Source: an uncultured Methanomassiliicoccales archaeon
Lineage (GTDB): Archaea; Thermoplasmatota; Thermoplasmata; SG8-5
DNA: 50,588 nt
Direction of reading: 5' to 3'
NCBI GenBank assembly: GCA_938004075.1
Contig: CALKWP010000127.1
Location: 1-50,588, forward strand
Below are positions 10,501-22,500 of this stretch, in pieces. A model generated the notes under the pieces. It saw only the letters and a program-made list of their open reading frames with translations. It was not told where the DNA came from and did no database searches. Each line of letters begins with the position of its first letter. Position 1 is the first letter of the stretch. The position numbers and the translations under genes were made by a program.

Positions 10501-13500
10501 ACATGGCTGAGAACCACGAGGCGCTCCTGTTCACGGCAGAGGCGACAACCGTTGTTGACACAGTTCCCCCGGTCATCGGAACCACCGGAGCTGACCTTCT
10601 CTACATCAACAACATGGGAACTTACGGCGGAACGGCTCCGCCAGTCTGGATATCCACTGAGGTATGGGATGACCACATCGCTGCCGCTGCATGGGCGATA
10701 AGAGACTACCAGCAGTGGGAAGGCACGATGTACTTCAGCGTCGACATCACCGACGATGTGAAGAACGATGCCATGCCAGCGATGTACACATGGGACGGCT
10801 CATGGTACCACATCGACGGCGCGCTCGTCACAGTGAGCGCATCCCCCTACAGCTGGGGCGATGACTTGTTCGTCATGGGTGAAGTCAACGGCGCGAGCGT
10901 CCCGGGCGACGAGCTCGGCAATGCTCTCCCAACACACTATGCGACATTCCAGCCTGACGGCACATATCAGGGAGTCTACTCTACCGAGGGCACTTTTGAT
11001 TATTCCGATGATGTGGAAGTCGTCCCGGTTGGCGGCGAGACATTCCGCGCCTACAGATACGACGAAGGCGCGGGATATATCGCGACAGCAGCAGTTTCAA
11101 CCTATGTGGCCGGCAACGACTGGGTGGTGCTGACGATTTCGCCGGTGCCAGAGGGGCAGTACGCTGTTTGCGTCTCTGCTATGGACATGGCAGGAGCGAC
11201 CGCATGGACCAATGAGACGAGTGGCAACCCGGTGATCACCGTGGATAACACACAGCCGATGCTGAACATAGCAATGGAATTCACTGGAGACCAGAACGGC
11301 AACGGCTTCCTCAACACTGGCGATTGGTTCCTCATCTGGGTGAACGTCACCGACCTGAACGAGGATGCGACCACCATGCCTATCGTAGATGCCGATGAGA
11401 AACTCCTTCCTGACCAGCCAATGGATGGTTGGACATATTACGGTCTGGGCGTATGGGAATTCACCTACATCATCCAGGGGCCCGAATTCACGACTTCTAA
11501 CATCGACGTGAGCTTCAGGGATCTTGCCGGCAACCTTATCGACATGCCTAACGCGCTTGTATACGACATCTATGGTGAGGTCGCAGTGAACTACAATGCC
11601 GGCTGGAACCTCCTTGGCATACCGGTACTCGACCCCTACCTGAACGGCGCCCCATTGGATGAGGCAAATGACCTCGCCGTTGCTGGCGCATTGATGGTCT
11701 CAAAGTGGAACTTCGCAACTCAGAGGTACATCAACTACATCCCCGGATTCCACACCCCGGCGGACCCGCAGAACTTCGCGATCGTCGAGGACGAGGCCTA
11801 CTGGGCATGGATGCCCACCGGCGGAAGTTTCGCCGTCAGTGGCCTCAACCCGGGCGGAAGGAACGTTGCGGTCGACGGCCCCGGCTGGAACATGATCTCC
11901 TACATGGACCCAGTGAATGTCGGCGATGTTGAGACCGACTGGGCGCCATATGTGAGCTGCGGACCGGTGGATGACATAGCATACTACGATGGCACCACTT
12001 TCATCCACTACATATTGCCTGGAACGGTAATGGAACTGACCCCGAGCCGCGGATACTTCGTCTGGAGCGACTTCCCGACGAACATCATGTACAATGCAGC
12101 AGCCTGGAACACCAACACCGGAATCGGATACCCGACCATACAAGCAGCCATAGACAATGCGAACCCATACGACACAATAAACGTGGAATCCGGAATCTAC
12201 TACGAGCAGCTTGTCATTACCAAGCCGCTGACCCTTCAGGGTTCGGGTTCCGGAATCTTCTCGGCAGGGATGGGAAACACTATTGACAAAACGACTCCAA
12301 CTGAAGTAACGACAATTGACGCATCTTCAAGCGGAGGACCGATAATCAACCCGGGTTTCCCTTGGGTAGGCAGCGCAATTGCCATACTGTCCAATGATGT
12401 GACCATTTCCGGATTCGAGGTCAGCAACTCGAACACAGCAGGAGTGTTCGTTTATTATGCAGAGGATTGTCACATCAGCGATGTAAGAGCCACCTACAAC
12501 AACGATGGTGTTGTCTTATTCCACAGTGATTACAATGTGGTTGACAGTTGCGAGGCATCCTCCAATCTCAACTATGGCATATGGCTGGAATTCTCATCAG
12601 ACAATGATATCATTAACAACATGCTTGATTCGAATGACCTTGGTATCAACCTATACGCGGAATCCCCAGGCTTTTGCAATTACAACACTATCCTCGGCAA
12701 CACAATTCAGAACCACGACTTTAGTGCAATATTTATTGAAGGAGATTCGAATGAGGTTTATCAGAACCGCATTTTATACAATTTCTTTGGCGTCCAGGTC
12801 TGGGGCGATTGGAACACAATCGCAAAGAACTCCTTCATCGGCAATTACCATCAAGGAGAAGACGCCTATGGAACGAGCACCTGGAACCTGCCCCTCCCGG
12901 ACGGCGGCAACTACTGGGACATCTGGACATCGCCCGATGATAACGGTGACGGCATTGTGGATGTACCGTACAATTCCTTTAGCTTCATGGACAATTTCCC
13001 CTGGACCACCGAGAACGGGTGGGAGAGCTACGTGCCGGTTGATTTCACTGTCGTAAACACAGATACTGGAGAAGGATTCGCCACTATCCAGGCAGCCATC
13101 GACCACCCCCACACCCTAGACGGCCACACCATCACGGTGGCGGCAGGCCAATACTACGAAGATGTGGTCGTTGACAAGCAGCTTACGATACAGGGGGCCG
13201 GAGCGACCTTCAGCGAGATATATCCAACGGGCGAATCGGCTTTCGATGTGCGGGCGGATTATGTCACGATAAGCGGATTCTTCATGCAAGGCAACCCCTG
13301 CATAATCGTCGGGGCTGATAGCGTCTCTCACAACCATATAACCATCACCGAAAACACTCTCAACGGCGGCCATATCTATCTTGACGGTGTCTGGGACTCA
13401 ACAATCTCGAACAACATAATCGAAGGGAGCGGCTGGGGCATTTACCTGACTGCCTACGAGTTCTATGGCACAACAACCTGCGGGAACATCCAGATAATCG

Positions 13501-13817
13501 ACAACTACATTGGAGGTAGCATGGTGGGCATCGAATTGCACGATGCGACGGGTGGCGGCATTGTCATTCAGGGAAACACATTCCGGTACATTTCCTACAC
13601 CAGCATCTGGGCATATGGTGTGTTCCCAGGTGGCCCTATTTGGATAACCATGAACAATTTCATGGACAACCCGTTCAACGGACATGCCATTAGCGATGAC
13701 TTTTTCACAAACGTCTTCTGGGATCAGAATTTCTGGGAAGGCATAGTGGGCCCTTACATCCCAACAGGATGCGTCACACAGGGCGACTACAACCCGGCAC
13801 CGGCTCCATGGCCGTAA
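7563..13817 (+). CDS. Giant surface protein: prealbumin-like N-domain, three supermodules of about 330 aa, GWNL module, two NosD-like right-handed beta-helix domains
   Basis: The ORF is open from 7464. ATG 7563 is preceded by GGAGGG, and ATG 7548 is also possible; an AT-rich TATA-like stretch lies at about 7485-7500. The signal/anchor is MLVRVQAFVLVSLMIAAGTIAMAPAVLAG. PHAIYGYV module. The supermodule TVDTVAPTIGATTVDK...YRYDEGAGYVAT...VITVDN occurs three times. The C-terminus has PbH1-like repeats (IQAAIDNANPYDTINVESGIYYEQLVITKPLTLQG; a second copy IQAAIDHPHTLDGHTITVAAGQYYEDVVVDKQLTIQG). Confidence 0.8.
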   Translation: MIAEKLNKGMLVRVQAFVLVSLMIAAGTIAMAPAVLAGNGSGKTTFDLFEPHAIYGYVKEDSFALMSGIDVTVTNDRTGEFLQGTSDALGRYDVDLAGLTTGYLAGDLIVVTITSGYNSTTVDTLLPAQRVDIIMDLTDPASAASIVPAYDNTGTWNVDLTGDDVLVNNYASGIYSVDVYVETPATPGTFNLWTTDYDPFIGTFAYTPVDGEGVYYFYSVATDYAGNVEVKSVADDSIIYDITAPTSTVTGPLASDAFTFPLTYDAADPGAAPSGLAWVNIYYSDDGGNTWTFLIDSFGSPQTVTVPADGTYDWYTAAFDNAGNSEPEPPTDATFIEFTTIVDTVAPTIGATTVDKPYINSQGTFGGITPPVMVTTEITDDNLAAGGWAVRDYQQWEGTMYFTVDITNEIMPATYGWDGSWYHLDGVLVTAGISPFFAPAGDLFVMGEVNGATIPGDSIGNNLPTNYVTFQPDGTMPVVYSTEGTLDYSDDVVVAPVPGDTFRAYRYDEGAGYVATTAVYTFTVNPWVSNLTISPVPDGQYAVCVSAIDEAGNTAWTNETTPNPVITVDNFPPQATATGPQTSNVYTFDVTYTWVADPLPSSGLLNITLFYNRESAGWMTYGTDPTPNDGAFPVDVTLIGGDGTYEWCLVAFDNTDNREDAAIATEATTLVDTAAPTIGATTVDKLYFNNQGTFGGIAPPVMVTTEITDDNLAAGGWAVRDYQQWEGTMYFTVDITNEIMPATYGWDGSWYHLDGVLVTAGISPFFAPAGDLFVMGEVNGATIPGDSIGNNLPTNYVTFQPDGTMPVVYSTEGTLDYSDDVVVAPVPGDTFRAYRYDEGAGYVATTAVYTFTVNPWVSNLTISPVPDGQYAVCVSAIDEAGNTAWTNETTPNPVITVDNFAPDADATGPAYSNVYIFDITYTYVADPAPSSGLLNVSLWYNLDGNGWIWFAESSTLDGLFPVDISALGDGVYEWFIAAFDMAENHEALLFTAEATTVVDTVPPVIGTTGADLLYINNMGTYGGTAPPVWISTEVWDDHIAAAAWAIRDYQQWEGTMYFSVDITDDVKNDAMPAMYTWDGSWYHIDGALVTVSASPYSWGDDLFVMGEVNGASVPGDELGNALPTHYATFQPDGTYQGVYSTEGTFDYSDDVEVVPVGGETFRAYRYDEGAGYIATAAVSTYVAGNDWVVLTISPVPEGQYAVCVSAMDMAGATAWTNETSGNPVITVDNTQPMLNIAMEFTGDQNGNGFLNTGDWFLIWVNVTDLNEDATTMPIVDADEKLLPDQPMDGWTYYGLGVWEFTYIIQGPEFTTSNIDVSFRDLAGNLIDMPNALVYDIYGEVAVNYNAGWNLLGIPVLDPYLNGAPLDEANDLAVAGALMVSKWNFATQRYINYIPGFHTPADPQNFAIVEDEAYWAWMPTGGSFAVSGLNPGGRNVAVDGPGWNMISYMDPVNVGDVETDWAPYVSCGPVDDIAYYDGTTFIHYILPGTVMELTPSRGYFVWSDFPTNIMYNAAAWNTNTGIGYPTIQAAIDNANPYDTINVESGIYYEQLVITKPLTLQGSGSGIFSAGMGNTIDKTTPTEVTTIDASSSGGPIINPGFPWVGSAIAILSNDVTISGFEVSNSNTAGVFVYYAEDCHISDVRATYNNDGVVLFHSDYNVVDSCEASSNLNYGIWLEFSSDNDIINNMLDSNDLGINLYAESPGFCNYNTILGNTIQNHDFSAIFIEGDSNEVYQNRILYNFFGVQVWGDWNTIAKNSFIGNYHQGEDAYGTSTWNLPLPDGGNYWDIWTSPDDNGDGIVDVPYNSFSFMDNFPWTTENGWESYVPVDFTVVNTDTGEGFATIQAAIDHPHTLDGHTITVAAGQYYEDVVVDKQLTIQGAGATFSEIYPTGESAFDVRADYVTISGFFMQGNPCIIVGADSVSHNHITITENTLNGGHIYLDGVWDSTISNNIIEGSGWGIYLTAYEFYGTTTCGNIQIIDNYIGGSMVGIELHDATGGGIVIQGNTFRYISYTSIWAYGVFPGGPIWITMNNFMDNPFNGHAISDDFFTNVFWDQNFWEGIVGPYIPTGCVTQGDYNPAPAPWP
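8673..9232 (+). repeat. Copy 1 of a 560-bp perfectly identical intragenic repeat (period 987 bp)
   Basis: By direct reading, 8673-9232 is identical to 9660-10219. The first mismatch is 9233 against 10220, and the flanks are only about 70-85% identical. Confidence 0.85.
9660..10219 (+). repeat. Copy 2 of the 560-bp perfectly identical intragenic repeat
   Basis: See copy 1. The offset is exactly 987 bp (329 codons), so the reading frame is preserved. Confidence 0.85.
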
Positions 13818-13863
13818 GCGAATCGCATTTAGAAGACACCACTACTTTAGACAGAGGGCTAAG

Positions 13864-16533
13864 ATGGGCAGCAACAAGCAACCGGCACAGGCAACCGCGA
13901 TAATAATCGCGATATCACTAGTCGTGCTGTTGCTGCTCCAAGGCGCTTCCGTAACTGGCAAGGCCCCGTCAAAACCCTCCATCAGACCCAGCCCTCATGC
14001 AGTCTACGGATATGTCTACTGGCCGAATGGAACTCTTGACACAACGGTATCGCTTCCGGTTACCATCACCAACAACCGTACGCACCAGAAAGGCGTGGTC
14101 TATGTGGATATTGTGCCAGGCGGCTTGCCGGACGGGACGTACCAGGTGGACCTGGCAAATGTCGCCTTCTACCCGAGCGGTTTCCTGTCCACCGACATAA
14201 TCTATGTCAATTGCACCTACACCGGCATGTGGGCGCATAACCAGACCACGGCAGGCGGAGTGATGTCCACCTGCAACCTGCGCATGGTCGCGCTGCCGTT
14301 CGGCCCGAAGGCCATTGCGAAGGCGGCCGGCGGGACTGTCTCCAGCGCGGACGGGCGGATAAGCCTGGAAGTACCGGCAAATTCAATGCCTTCGGATAAG
14401 GTGATTTGGGGGCTCAATACCGTCAATGAAAGGCATGGCGCGCTGGAATCCCTCAACATGATGCCGAATGGGCTGACTTTCGCGCCATCAGCAACCCTGA
14501 AATGGTCCTACGAAGGGATTGACATTGGCAGGATTCCCGCCGAGACGCTTGCGGTATTCACTTCCGACAACGGCCCATGGGAGAAACTGCCTTGCTATGT
14601 CGACACTCTCAACAAGCAGGTCGTTGCACAGGTCAGCCACTTCTCTAACTTCTCCCTCGGAGGAGCATCCGTGTTCGGCGAGCAGACAGGCCAGATCATC
14701 GTATTCCCCGGCACATTGGATGCGCCGATACTGGATATAACCCTCATCAACAGCGACCTGGTGGCCGATGACATGCTGGAATTCATGAACATAGAATCGA
14801 ATTCCACTAGCGATGCCGATATCGCAGGTATAAGCATCTGGAACGACCTTGATGATAACCAGCTCATCGATGGCGGGGATGCACTCATAGCCGGGCCACT
14901 TTTCGCCGGGAGCGCGAACTTCACGCTATCTGTCAATATACCAGCGGACACTACTCTGAACCTGCTTTTGACCGTGGATGTTTCAGCAACGGCCGCTGCC
15001 AACAATCTCCTGGACCTCAGGATCCCGGCATTCGGGGTTGGATTGGCCAACGCAGGGCTCTCTGAAGAGGCAATAGACCCGGCAGGCAACATCATGGTCG
15101 GCTCCAATATCGCTGACCCGCATGTTGTTTATGGGTATGTCAGGAACATACTCGGTCCGCTTCCAAATGTATGGGTCAATCTCACGAACAACATGACCGG
15201 CATGACCGAGAACCTGATGACCGATTCTCTTGGCAGATACGACATCAACATCGGCCTGATGCCGGGCGGTTACTCTGACGGCGACGAGATATTCATCGTT
15301 GCCAACGACACGCTGGGGCAGACCGGGTGGAATGTCACATATGTGGATGTAGGATACTTCGGCGAGAGATGCGATATTTACATCGGGAAAGGGCCGATCG
15401 CAAGCGATGAGACGCCGGCAAACGGCAGCATGATATTCGACATTTATCAGAACATCACCGTGAACATCACCGGCAACCTGGCCATAGACCCCGGCACGAT
15501 AATCCTGGAAGTGGAGGGCGTCAACTACACCTGGGGAGACGCGAACCTCAGCTTCCTTAATAACACGCTCACGTTCAACACATCGGGAACGGTGGGCGCC
15601 TGGACCGACGGCCAGATTGTAAATGCCACCCTTTGGCAGGCCAATGACACGGCCGGGAATTCGCTCCAGAACTCCCCTTACACCTGGTGGTTCCTGGTGA
15701 GCCTCGGCGTGGTTGAGGACGCGCCGGACATCAGGGTGCACAAGGCCGGGGCGGACATCAACATCACCTGGGCGCCAATAATCAATGCAACTTCGTACAA
15801 TATTTACAGGTCGCTGGCGGTGGATGGCACCGGATTCAATTTCACAGTTCCAATCGGGACCGTTTCAGAGCTATATTTCATCGACGCGGGCTCCCTGGCT
15901 GACGGGAACAATTACTCTTACATAGTCAGGGGGAACTGCGTCGGGGGCGAGGGGCCCAAGTCCAACATAGGGTGGAAGCTGAGGAAACAGCTGGTGGAGA
16001 ACGCCGCCACCACAGACATAAACTGGATCGCGCTGCCCTACAACTCCGACCTCAAGTTCGCTCAGGACCTCATCAACGACCTTGGCGGTGCAGCCAACGT
16101 GAATTCGATATCCCGGTGGGTTGCCTCGACCCAGTCTTACCAGAACAAGCTGCCGGTCGGAGGAGCGAACTGGCCCATCACGCCGGGAGAGGGCCTCCTG
16201 GTCAATATGAAGGCCAGCATCATCTATACTATTGTCGGTTCCTATAACAACACGACAATGATCAGCCTCATCGAGAATGCAGCCACCACAGACATAAACT
16301 GGATCGCGCTTCCCTACCATTCGCAGTTGAAATTCGCGCAGGACCTGATCACCAATCTCGGCGGTGCTGCCAACATCAATTCCATATCAAGATGGGTGGC
16401 GACCACCCAGTCGTACCAGAACAAGCTCCCGGTTGGGGGGGCGAACTGGCCCATCATTCCGGGTGACGCCATCCTGGTCAATGTCAAGCTGACAATAACA
16501 GATTACAGTATGGGGCCTGTCCAATACCCATAA
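13864..16533 (+). CDS. Secreted surface protein with two prealbumin-like modules and a C-terminal 2 x 92-aa repeat
   Basis: 889-aa ORF with a GAGGG-like SD before the ATG. Signal/anchor AIIIAISLVVLLLLQGASV. PHAVYGYVYW... and DPHVVYGYVRN... modules. The tandem unit ENAATTDINWIALPY.S.LKFAQDLI..LGGAAN.NSISRWVA.TQSYQNKLPVGGANWPI.PG occupies 15997-16272 and 16273 to about 16500. Confidence 0.8.
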   Translation: MGSNKQPAQATAIIIAISLVVLLLLQGASVTGKAPSKPSIRPSPHAVYGYVYWPNGTLDTTVSLPVTITNNRTHQKGVVYVDIVPGGLPDGTYQVDLANVAFYPSGFLSTDIIYVNCTYTGMWAHNQTTAGGVMSTCNLRMVALPFGPKAIAKAAGGTVSSADGRISLEVPANSMPSDKVIWGLNTVNERHGALESLNMMPNGLTFAPSATLKWSYEGIDIGRIPAETLAVFTSDNGPWEKLPCYVDTLNKQVVAQVSHFSNFSLGGASVFGEQTGQIIVFPGTLDAPILDITLINSDLVADDMLEFMNIESNSTSDADIAGISIWNDLDDNQLIDGGDALIAGPLFAGSANFTLSVNIPADTTLNLLLTVDVSATAAANNLLDLRIPAFGVGLANAGLSEEAIDPAGNIMVGSNIADPHVVYGYVRNILGPLPNVWVNLTNNMTGMTENLMTDSLGRYDINIGLMPGGYSDGDEIFIVANDTLGQTGWNVTYVDVGYFGERCDIYIGKGPIASDETPANGSMIFDIYQNITVNITGNLAIDPGTIILEVEGVNYTWGDANLSFLNNTLTFNTSGTVGAWTDGQIVNATLWQANDTAGNSLQNSPYTWWFLVSLGVVEDAPDIRVHKAGADINITWAPIINATSYNIYRSLAVDGTGFNFTVPIGTVSELYFIDAGSLADGNNYSYIVRGNCVGGEGPKSNIGWKLRKQLVENAATTDINWIALPYNSDLKFAQDLINDLGGAANVNSISRWVASTQSYQNKLPVGGANWPITPGEGLLVNMKASIIYTIVGSYNNTTMISLIENAATTDINWIALPYHSQLKFAQDLITNLGGAANINSISRWVATTQSYQNKLPVGGANWPIIPGDAILVNVKLTITDYSMGPVQYP

Positions 16534-16550
16534 TTGAAGGAGAGGAAACA

Positions 16551-19500
16551 ATGAAAGCAAACGAGAACAAGTGCGCCAGAAACATAATCGCCTACGGCAT
16601 AGTGATATGCATGATCACAACCGTATTGCCTTTCCCAGCATTGCTGGGCGAGGAAGTGGGCGATGGATTGCTCGCAGATAATTATGCAGTGGCAGGCTGG
16701 AGCACCGTTGGCGTCGGTTCCGTTCTTGACTCTCCCGAGGACGGCACAAGTGCCCTGGGCGCCGGGGTTAGGTCATGGGTGCTGGACCGCTCAAATGAAA
16801 TTGCCACCGAGTCACAGATAACCGGACAGGACCCGCCGCCAGGCGGCATCTTCCAAACCACCGATTTTGTTGACGACGGCACCGGAACAATCGGGCGGTC
16901 ATGGGTTGACCATGGATTCCTGATTGACTGTGCCGGATTCCCCACGCAATTCAGGAAAACCGCGCCATTCGAGGAGCTTATAATCGAGATTGGCAAGGAG
17001 ACAGCGAACGGCGGTTACACAGCATCCTGCGACCTGGTCATAAACAATGACCATCAGATTGGAGATCTGCCCACCAACGGCGGCTTTGTACCGCTCCACA
17101 AGATTGGCGGCATGTACGGCACCGGCGTTTCCGGCGTCGATTACTTCGACGCCGCAAGGACTTCGGCCACCGTGACAACTCTAGCATGGCCAGCCCACCC
17201 GGATGAGTGGGGAAATGTTTACGGTTACAGGGTTTTCAGGAACTCGACATCCGAGCCATGGCATGCGATTGCAAACCTCACGGGGGGCAGCGGAACAACC
17301 GGTTACACTGACAGCACTTGCCAGGCGGATGCTGCTTACAATTATCAGATTAGCATACTTTACAGAGGAATGCAGGGCGGTCTGCAGAACGCCGCAACCG
17401 CTGTCGAGAGCCTTTACAGGTCCTACGCGGTCGCATCCCTGTCGCTTCTGTCCGTGACTCCCACGCCCGCGGACGGAGCCGTCGGCCAACCTGTTGCCAC
17501 AGCATATTCGCTGGAGTTCTCCAGGGCCATGAACACTGCGGTCGGCAATGTGACCATAAATCCCGCACCAGCGGCTGCCGGCGCATGGGCCTGGGAATCC
17601 GACATCTGGTACAACTACACCGGAGCGGCGTGGAACGAGCTGACAAGATATTACCTGAATCTCACTGACTTCAAGGACCTTTCCGGCAACGGCATCACAG
17701 GCGACGCGAACTTCAATTTCACGACCGGCGATTTCACGGCGCCGACTTCGAACGTCACTGGCCCGGCAACCGCCAACACCCTCACATTCAATGTAACGTA
17801 TATCTATAATGACCCCAGCGGAGTGACTTCGGTCGAACTGTATTACACAACGAACGGAGGCCTGCTATGGACATTGGCCAAAACAAGCAGCACGCCGAAC
17901 GGCACCTTCTCATACGTCACAGTGCCGGCAGACGGCCTCTATGGCTGGTACACACTGGCCACGGATGCTTCGGCTAACTCTGAACCGGCCCCTGGCATCG
18001 GGACCGTGGAATTTGTGACCCTTGTGGACACTGTCCTGCCTCTCATAGGCAGCACCACTGCCGACAAACTATTCATCAACAATCGCGGCACCCACGGCGG
18101 CACCGCACCGCCAGTCAGCGTCACAACCAACGTGACGGATGAGACCATGCTGGCAATGGCCGCCTGGGGAATTCGCAACGAGAACGCCAACCCCAACGGC
18201 ACCATTTACTTCCAGGTGGACATCAGCAACGACACGATGCCCAGCACCCAGCAGTGGGACGGCATGTGGTACTTCGTCGACGGCGTCCTTGTGACTGCGG
18301 GCATGTGCCCGGACTGGTTCGTGACCGAGATATTCGTCATGGGCGAGCTGAACGGCGCAAGCGCTGGCAACCAGCCCCTCGGTTACGTGCTTCCGAGCCA
18401 TTACATCCTGTACGATATGACTGGCATTTACCAGGGCATCTACGCCACATTGGGAACTCCCCAGTTCTACGATGATTTGCTGGTTGTCCCTCTGGGAGGC
18501 GACACCTTCCGGCCATACAGGTACGACGAGGGCGTGGGTTATGTGGCGACCGCATCGTTCCAGACATACACGCCGCCATTCGACTGGCTGAACCTGACAA
18601 TTGCTCCGATACCGGACGGCAGGTACACCGTGGCCGTAACGGCTTTCGACACCGCGCAGAACGTGTACTGGACCAACGAGGCGCAGGGCAACCCGGTTAT
18701 CAACGTTGACACAGTCGCCCCGAACATAACGGCAACCGTCCCGACAGACATGGCAACAGCCGTTGCCCTGAACCAGGATATAGTCATCACTTTCAGCGAG
18801 ACCATGGACAATGCAACCGTGACATACACGGTCACTCCAAACCCCGGCAATCTTGTTGGAGTATGGAGTGCCGGTAACACCGTGCTGACGATCACCCATG
18901 ACGATTTCGCCGAGCTGACACTCTACACAGCCGAGGTGACCGTGGGCAAGGACCCAACAGGAAACAACCTGGCCGCAGGCATTGCGCCGAACCCGTGGAC
19001 ATTCACCACGGGCGACTTCACCCAACCGACCAGCAGCGTGAATGCGATTGCTCCATACTGGCAGACAGTAACCCCACTGGCAATCACAGGAACAGCCGGC
19101 GACGCGCTTTCAACCGTTGCCACGGTCGAACTCTGGTACAGGTACGCCGCTGACAATATCACCTGGGACGTGTGGACGCTCTTCGGAACGGATGCTGCGG
19201 CACCATGGGAGTGGGATTTCTCCTTCCCCGGCGGAAACGGATATTACGAGTTCTATTCAAGAGCCACAGACACGGCAGGCAATTACGAGGACGCGCCACT
19301 GGCCGCAGACACTCTATCCGCCTACGACAGCGCGTCCCCGACAAGCGCCGTGAATGCCATCTCACCATACTGGCTTGCAGCACAGCCACTCACAATCACT
19401 GCGACAGCTACTGACCTGACCGATGGGGTTACCGCAGTGGAACTGTGGTACCGCTTCGCCGCTGACAACGCAACCTGGGGCGCTTGGGCCAACTTCGGGA

Positions 19501-22500
19501 CGCTGAATGCAGCTCCCTGGTCCTGGAACTTCACATTCCCGGACGGCGACGGATACTACGAGCTCTACACAAGGGCCAGTGATGCAGCCGATAACTACGA
19601 AAGCGCGCCAGCCGATGCTGATGCGATATGCGGTTATGATACGGTTAATCCGACCAGCAGCATTGACGCGATATCGCCTTACTGGCAGACATCATCGCCA
19701 ATCAACCTCTCTGCCCAGGGCTCCGACAGCCTGTCAGGCCTAGCATATCTAGATGCCTGGTACAGGTTTGCGCCGGACAACGCAACCTGGACCGCCTGGA
19801 TATTCATAGGCTCTGACCCCACTGCGCCTTACGGAGGGGACTTCAACTTCCCGAACGGCAACGGATATTACGAATTCTATTCAAGAGCCACTGACCTGGC
19901 AGGGAACAATGAGGATATTCCAGCCACAGCCGGCGCGCTGTGTGCATTTGACAGTGATCTACCAATGAGCAATGTGGATGCGATAACGCCATACTGGCAC
20001 ACAACGATGCCGCTCACGGCCACAGCCACAGTGACCGAGGCTCTTTCCGGCATCACATACGTGGAATTCTGGTACAGCCACTCTGCGGATAACATCACAT
20101 TCGGCGCTTACGGCCTGTTCGGCACGGATAACGCCGCGCCCTGGTCCTGGGACTTCGACTTCCCGAGCGGGAATGGATATTACAGGTTCCACTCAAGAGC
20201 CGCAGATCTGGCGGGCAATTATGAGGACGCACCCGCAACAGCCGACGCGATATGCGCCTACGACACAGTCAACCCGACGAGCAGCGTGGATCCAATAGCT
20301 CCATACTGGCAGAACGCATCGCCTCTGATACTGACGGCGACCGCAACCGACATCACGGACGGCATTGCGCAAGTGGAACTCTGGTACCGGTTCGCATCTG
20401 ACAACTCGACATGGGGAGCATGGTCTCTCTTCGGCACGGACAACGCATCGCCCTGGTCCTGGCCATTCACCTCCCCGGATGGAGATGGCTATTACGAGTT
20501 CTACACTAGGGCCACAGACGGCGCTGGCAATTACGAGGATGCGGCAATTTCCGCAGACGCGGCATGCGGTTATGACAGCATCATGCCAATAAGCAGCGCA
20601 GATGCAATCTCCCCGTACTGGCAGACCGCCTCTCCGCTTAACGGGACAGCGACCGCCTCTGACTCTCTCTCGGGCATGGAATCCCTGGAACTCTGGTTCA
20701 GGTTCTCTGTAGATAATGCAACATGGGGCGCATGGACCTATTACGGAACGGATGATGCGGCACCATGGTACGCGAACTTCTTCTTCCCGAACGGCAACGG
20801 ATATTACGAGTTCTACACAATCGCGATAGACAATGCAGGTAACTCCGAGGTTGCGCCTGCGATGGCAGACGCAATATGCGGATTCGACAGCGCGCTCCCG
20901 ATAAGCAGCATAGATGCGATTGCTCCGTACTGGCAGACCGTGAGTTCGCTGAACATCACGGCAACCGCCAGCGCCCTATCCGGCGTCGACACCGTGGAAC
21001 TCTGGTACCGCTTCGCTGTGGATAATTCCACATGGGGCGCATGGACGCTCTTCGGCACGGACAATGCCGCGCCATGGTCCTGGGAATTCACATTCCCTGA
21101 TGGAAACGGATACTATGAGTTCTACTCTAGGGCAACCGATACTGCCACGAACTACGAAGATGCGCCGGCAACTGCAGACGAGATTTGCGCTTACGACACA
21201 ATCGCGCCATCCAGCGAGATGAATGAAGTTCTGGGCTACTGGATATGGATAGGGCCTCTGTGGATGACCGCCACCGCGAACGACACGCTTTCCGGATTGG
21301 CGGACGTTGAATTATGGTACAGATTCTCTGCGGACAACGCGACCTGGGGCGCCTGGACCCTCGGAACGGCCCACGTTGCGCTGTGGAACTGGGATTTCGC
21401 CTTTCCCGAAGGCAACGGTTACTACGAGTTCTACACCAGGGCAACTGACATCGCGGGCAATTACGAGGACGCGCCAATCTCCGCCGATGCGATTTGCGGC
21501 TACGACACGGTAGACCCAACCAGCAGCACAGAAACAATCGCGCCGTACTGGCAGACATCATCGCCGCTGACTATCAACGCCACCGCGAATGATGGGCTGT
21601 CCGGGCTGGCAAGCGTCGAACTCTGGTACAGGCACTCCGCTGATAATATGACCTGGGGCGCCTGGACCCTGTTCGGAACGGACAATGCCGCGCCATGGTC
21701 CTGGGGCTTCGACTTCCCGGACGGTAACGGTTATTACGAGTTCTACACCAGGGCAACTGATGATGCCACGAACTACGAGGATGCGCCGGCTTCCGCTGAC
21801 GTGGTCTGCGCATTCAGCAGCTCGGCCCCCATAAGCAGCGTCGACGCAATCGCGCCGTACTGGCAGACAGCGTCTCCCTTGGCCGTAACGGCAACTGCCA
21901 GCGCCCTCTCCGGCGTTGACACCGTGGAACTATGGTACAGGTTCTCCGCAAACAATGGGACATGGGGCGCCTGGACGCTCTTCGGAACGGACGATGCCGC
22001 ACCATGGTCCTGGATATTCAATTTCCCGAATGGCAATGGTTATTACCAGTTCTACACCAGGGCACGGGACACAGCCACCAACTACGAGGCTGCGCCTGCC
22101 TCGGCAGACAGGGCATGCGCATTCGATAATGCCGCGCCCACAAGCACTGCAAGCGCAATAACCCCATACTGGCGCACAGCATCGCCGGTAACAGTGACGG
22201 CCACCGCAAGCGACATTACCGACGGCGTTGCGACAGTTGAACTGTGGTACAGGTATTCTACCGATAATGCGACCTGGGGCGCCTGGACCCTCTTCGGAAC
22301 CGATAACGCGGCGCCCTGGTCCTGGAACTTCGGTTTCCCCGGTGGCAACGGATATTATGAATTCTATTCAAGAGCATACGACGCTGCAGGCAATTATGAG
22401 AATGCCCCCGGCGCAAGGGACTCGCTCTGCGCCTTCGACAGTGCGGCCCCGGCAAGCACCGTGGACTCAATCATCCCCTACTGGCAGACCTCATCTCCGC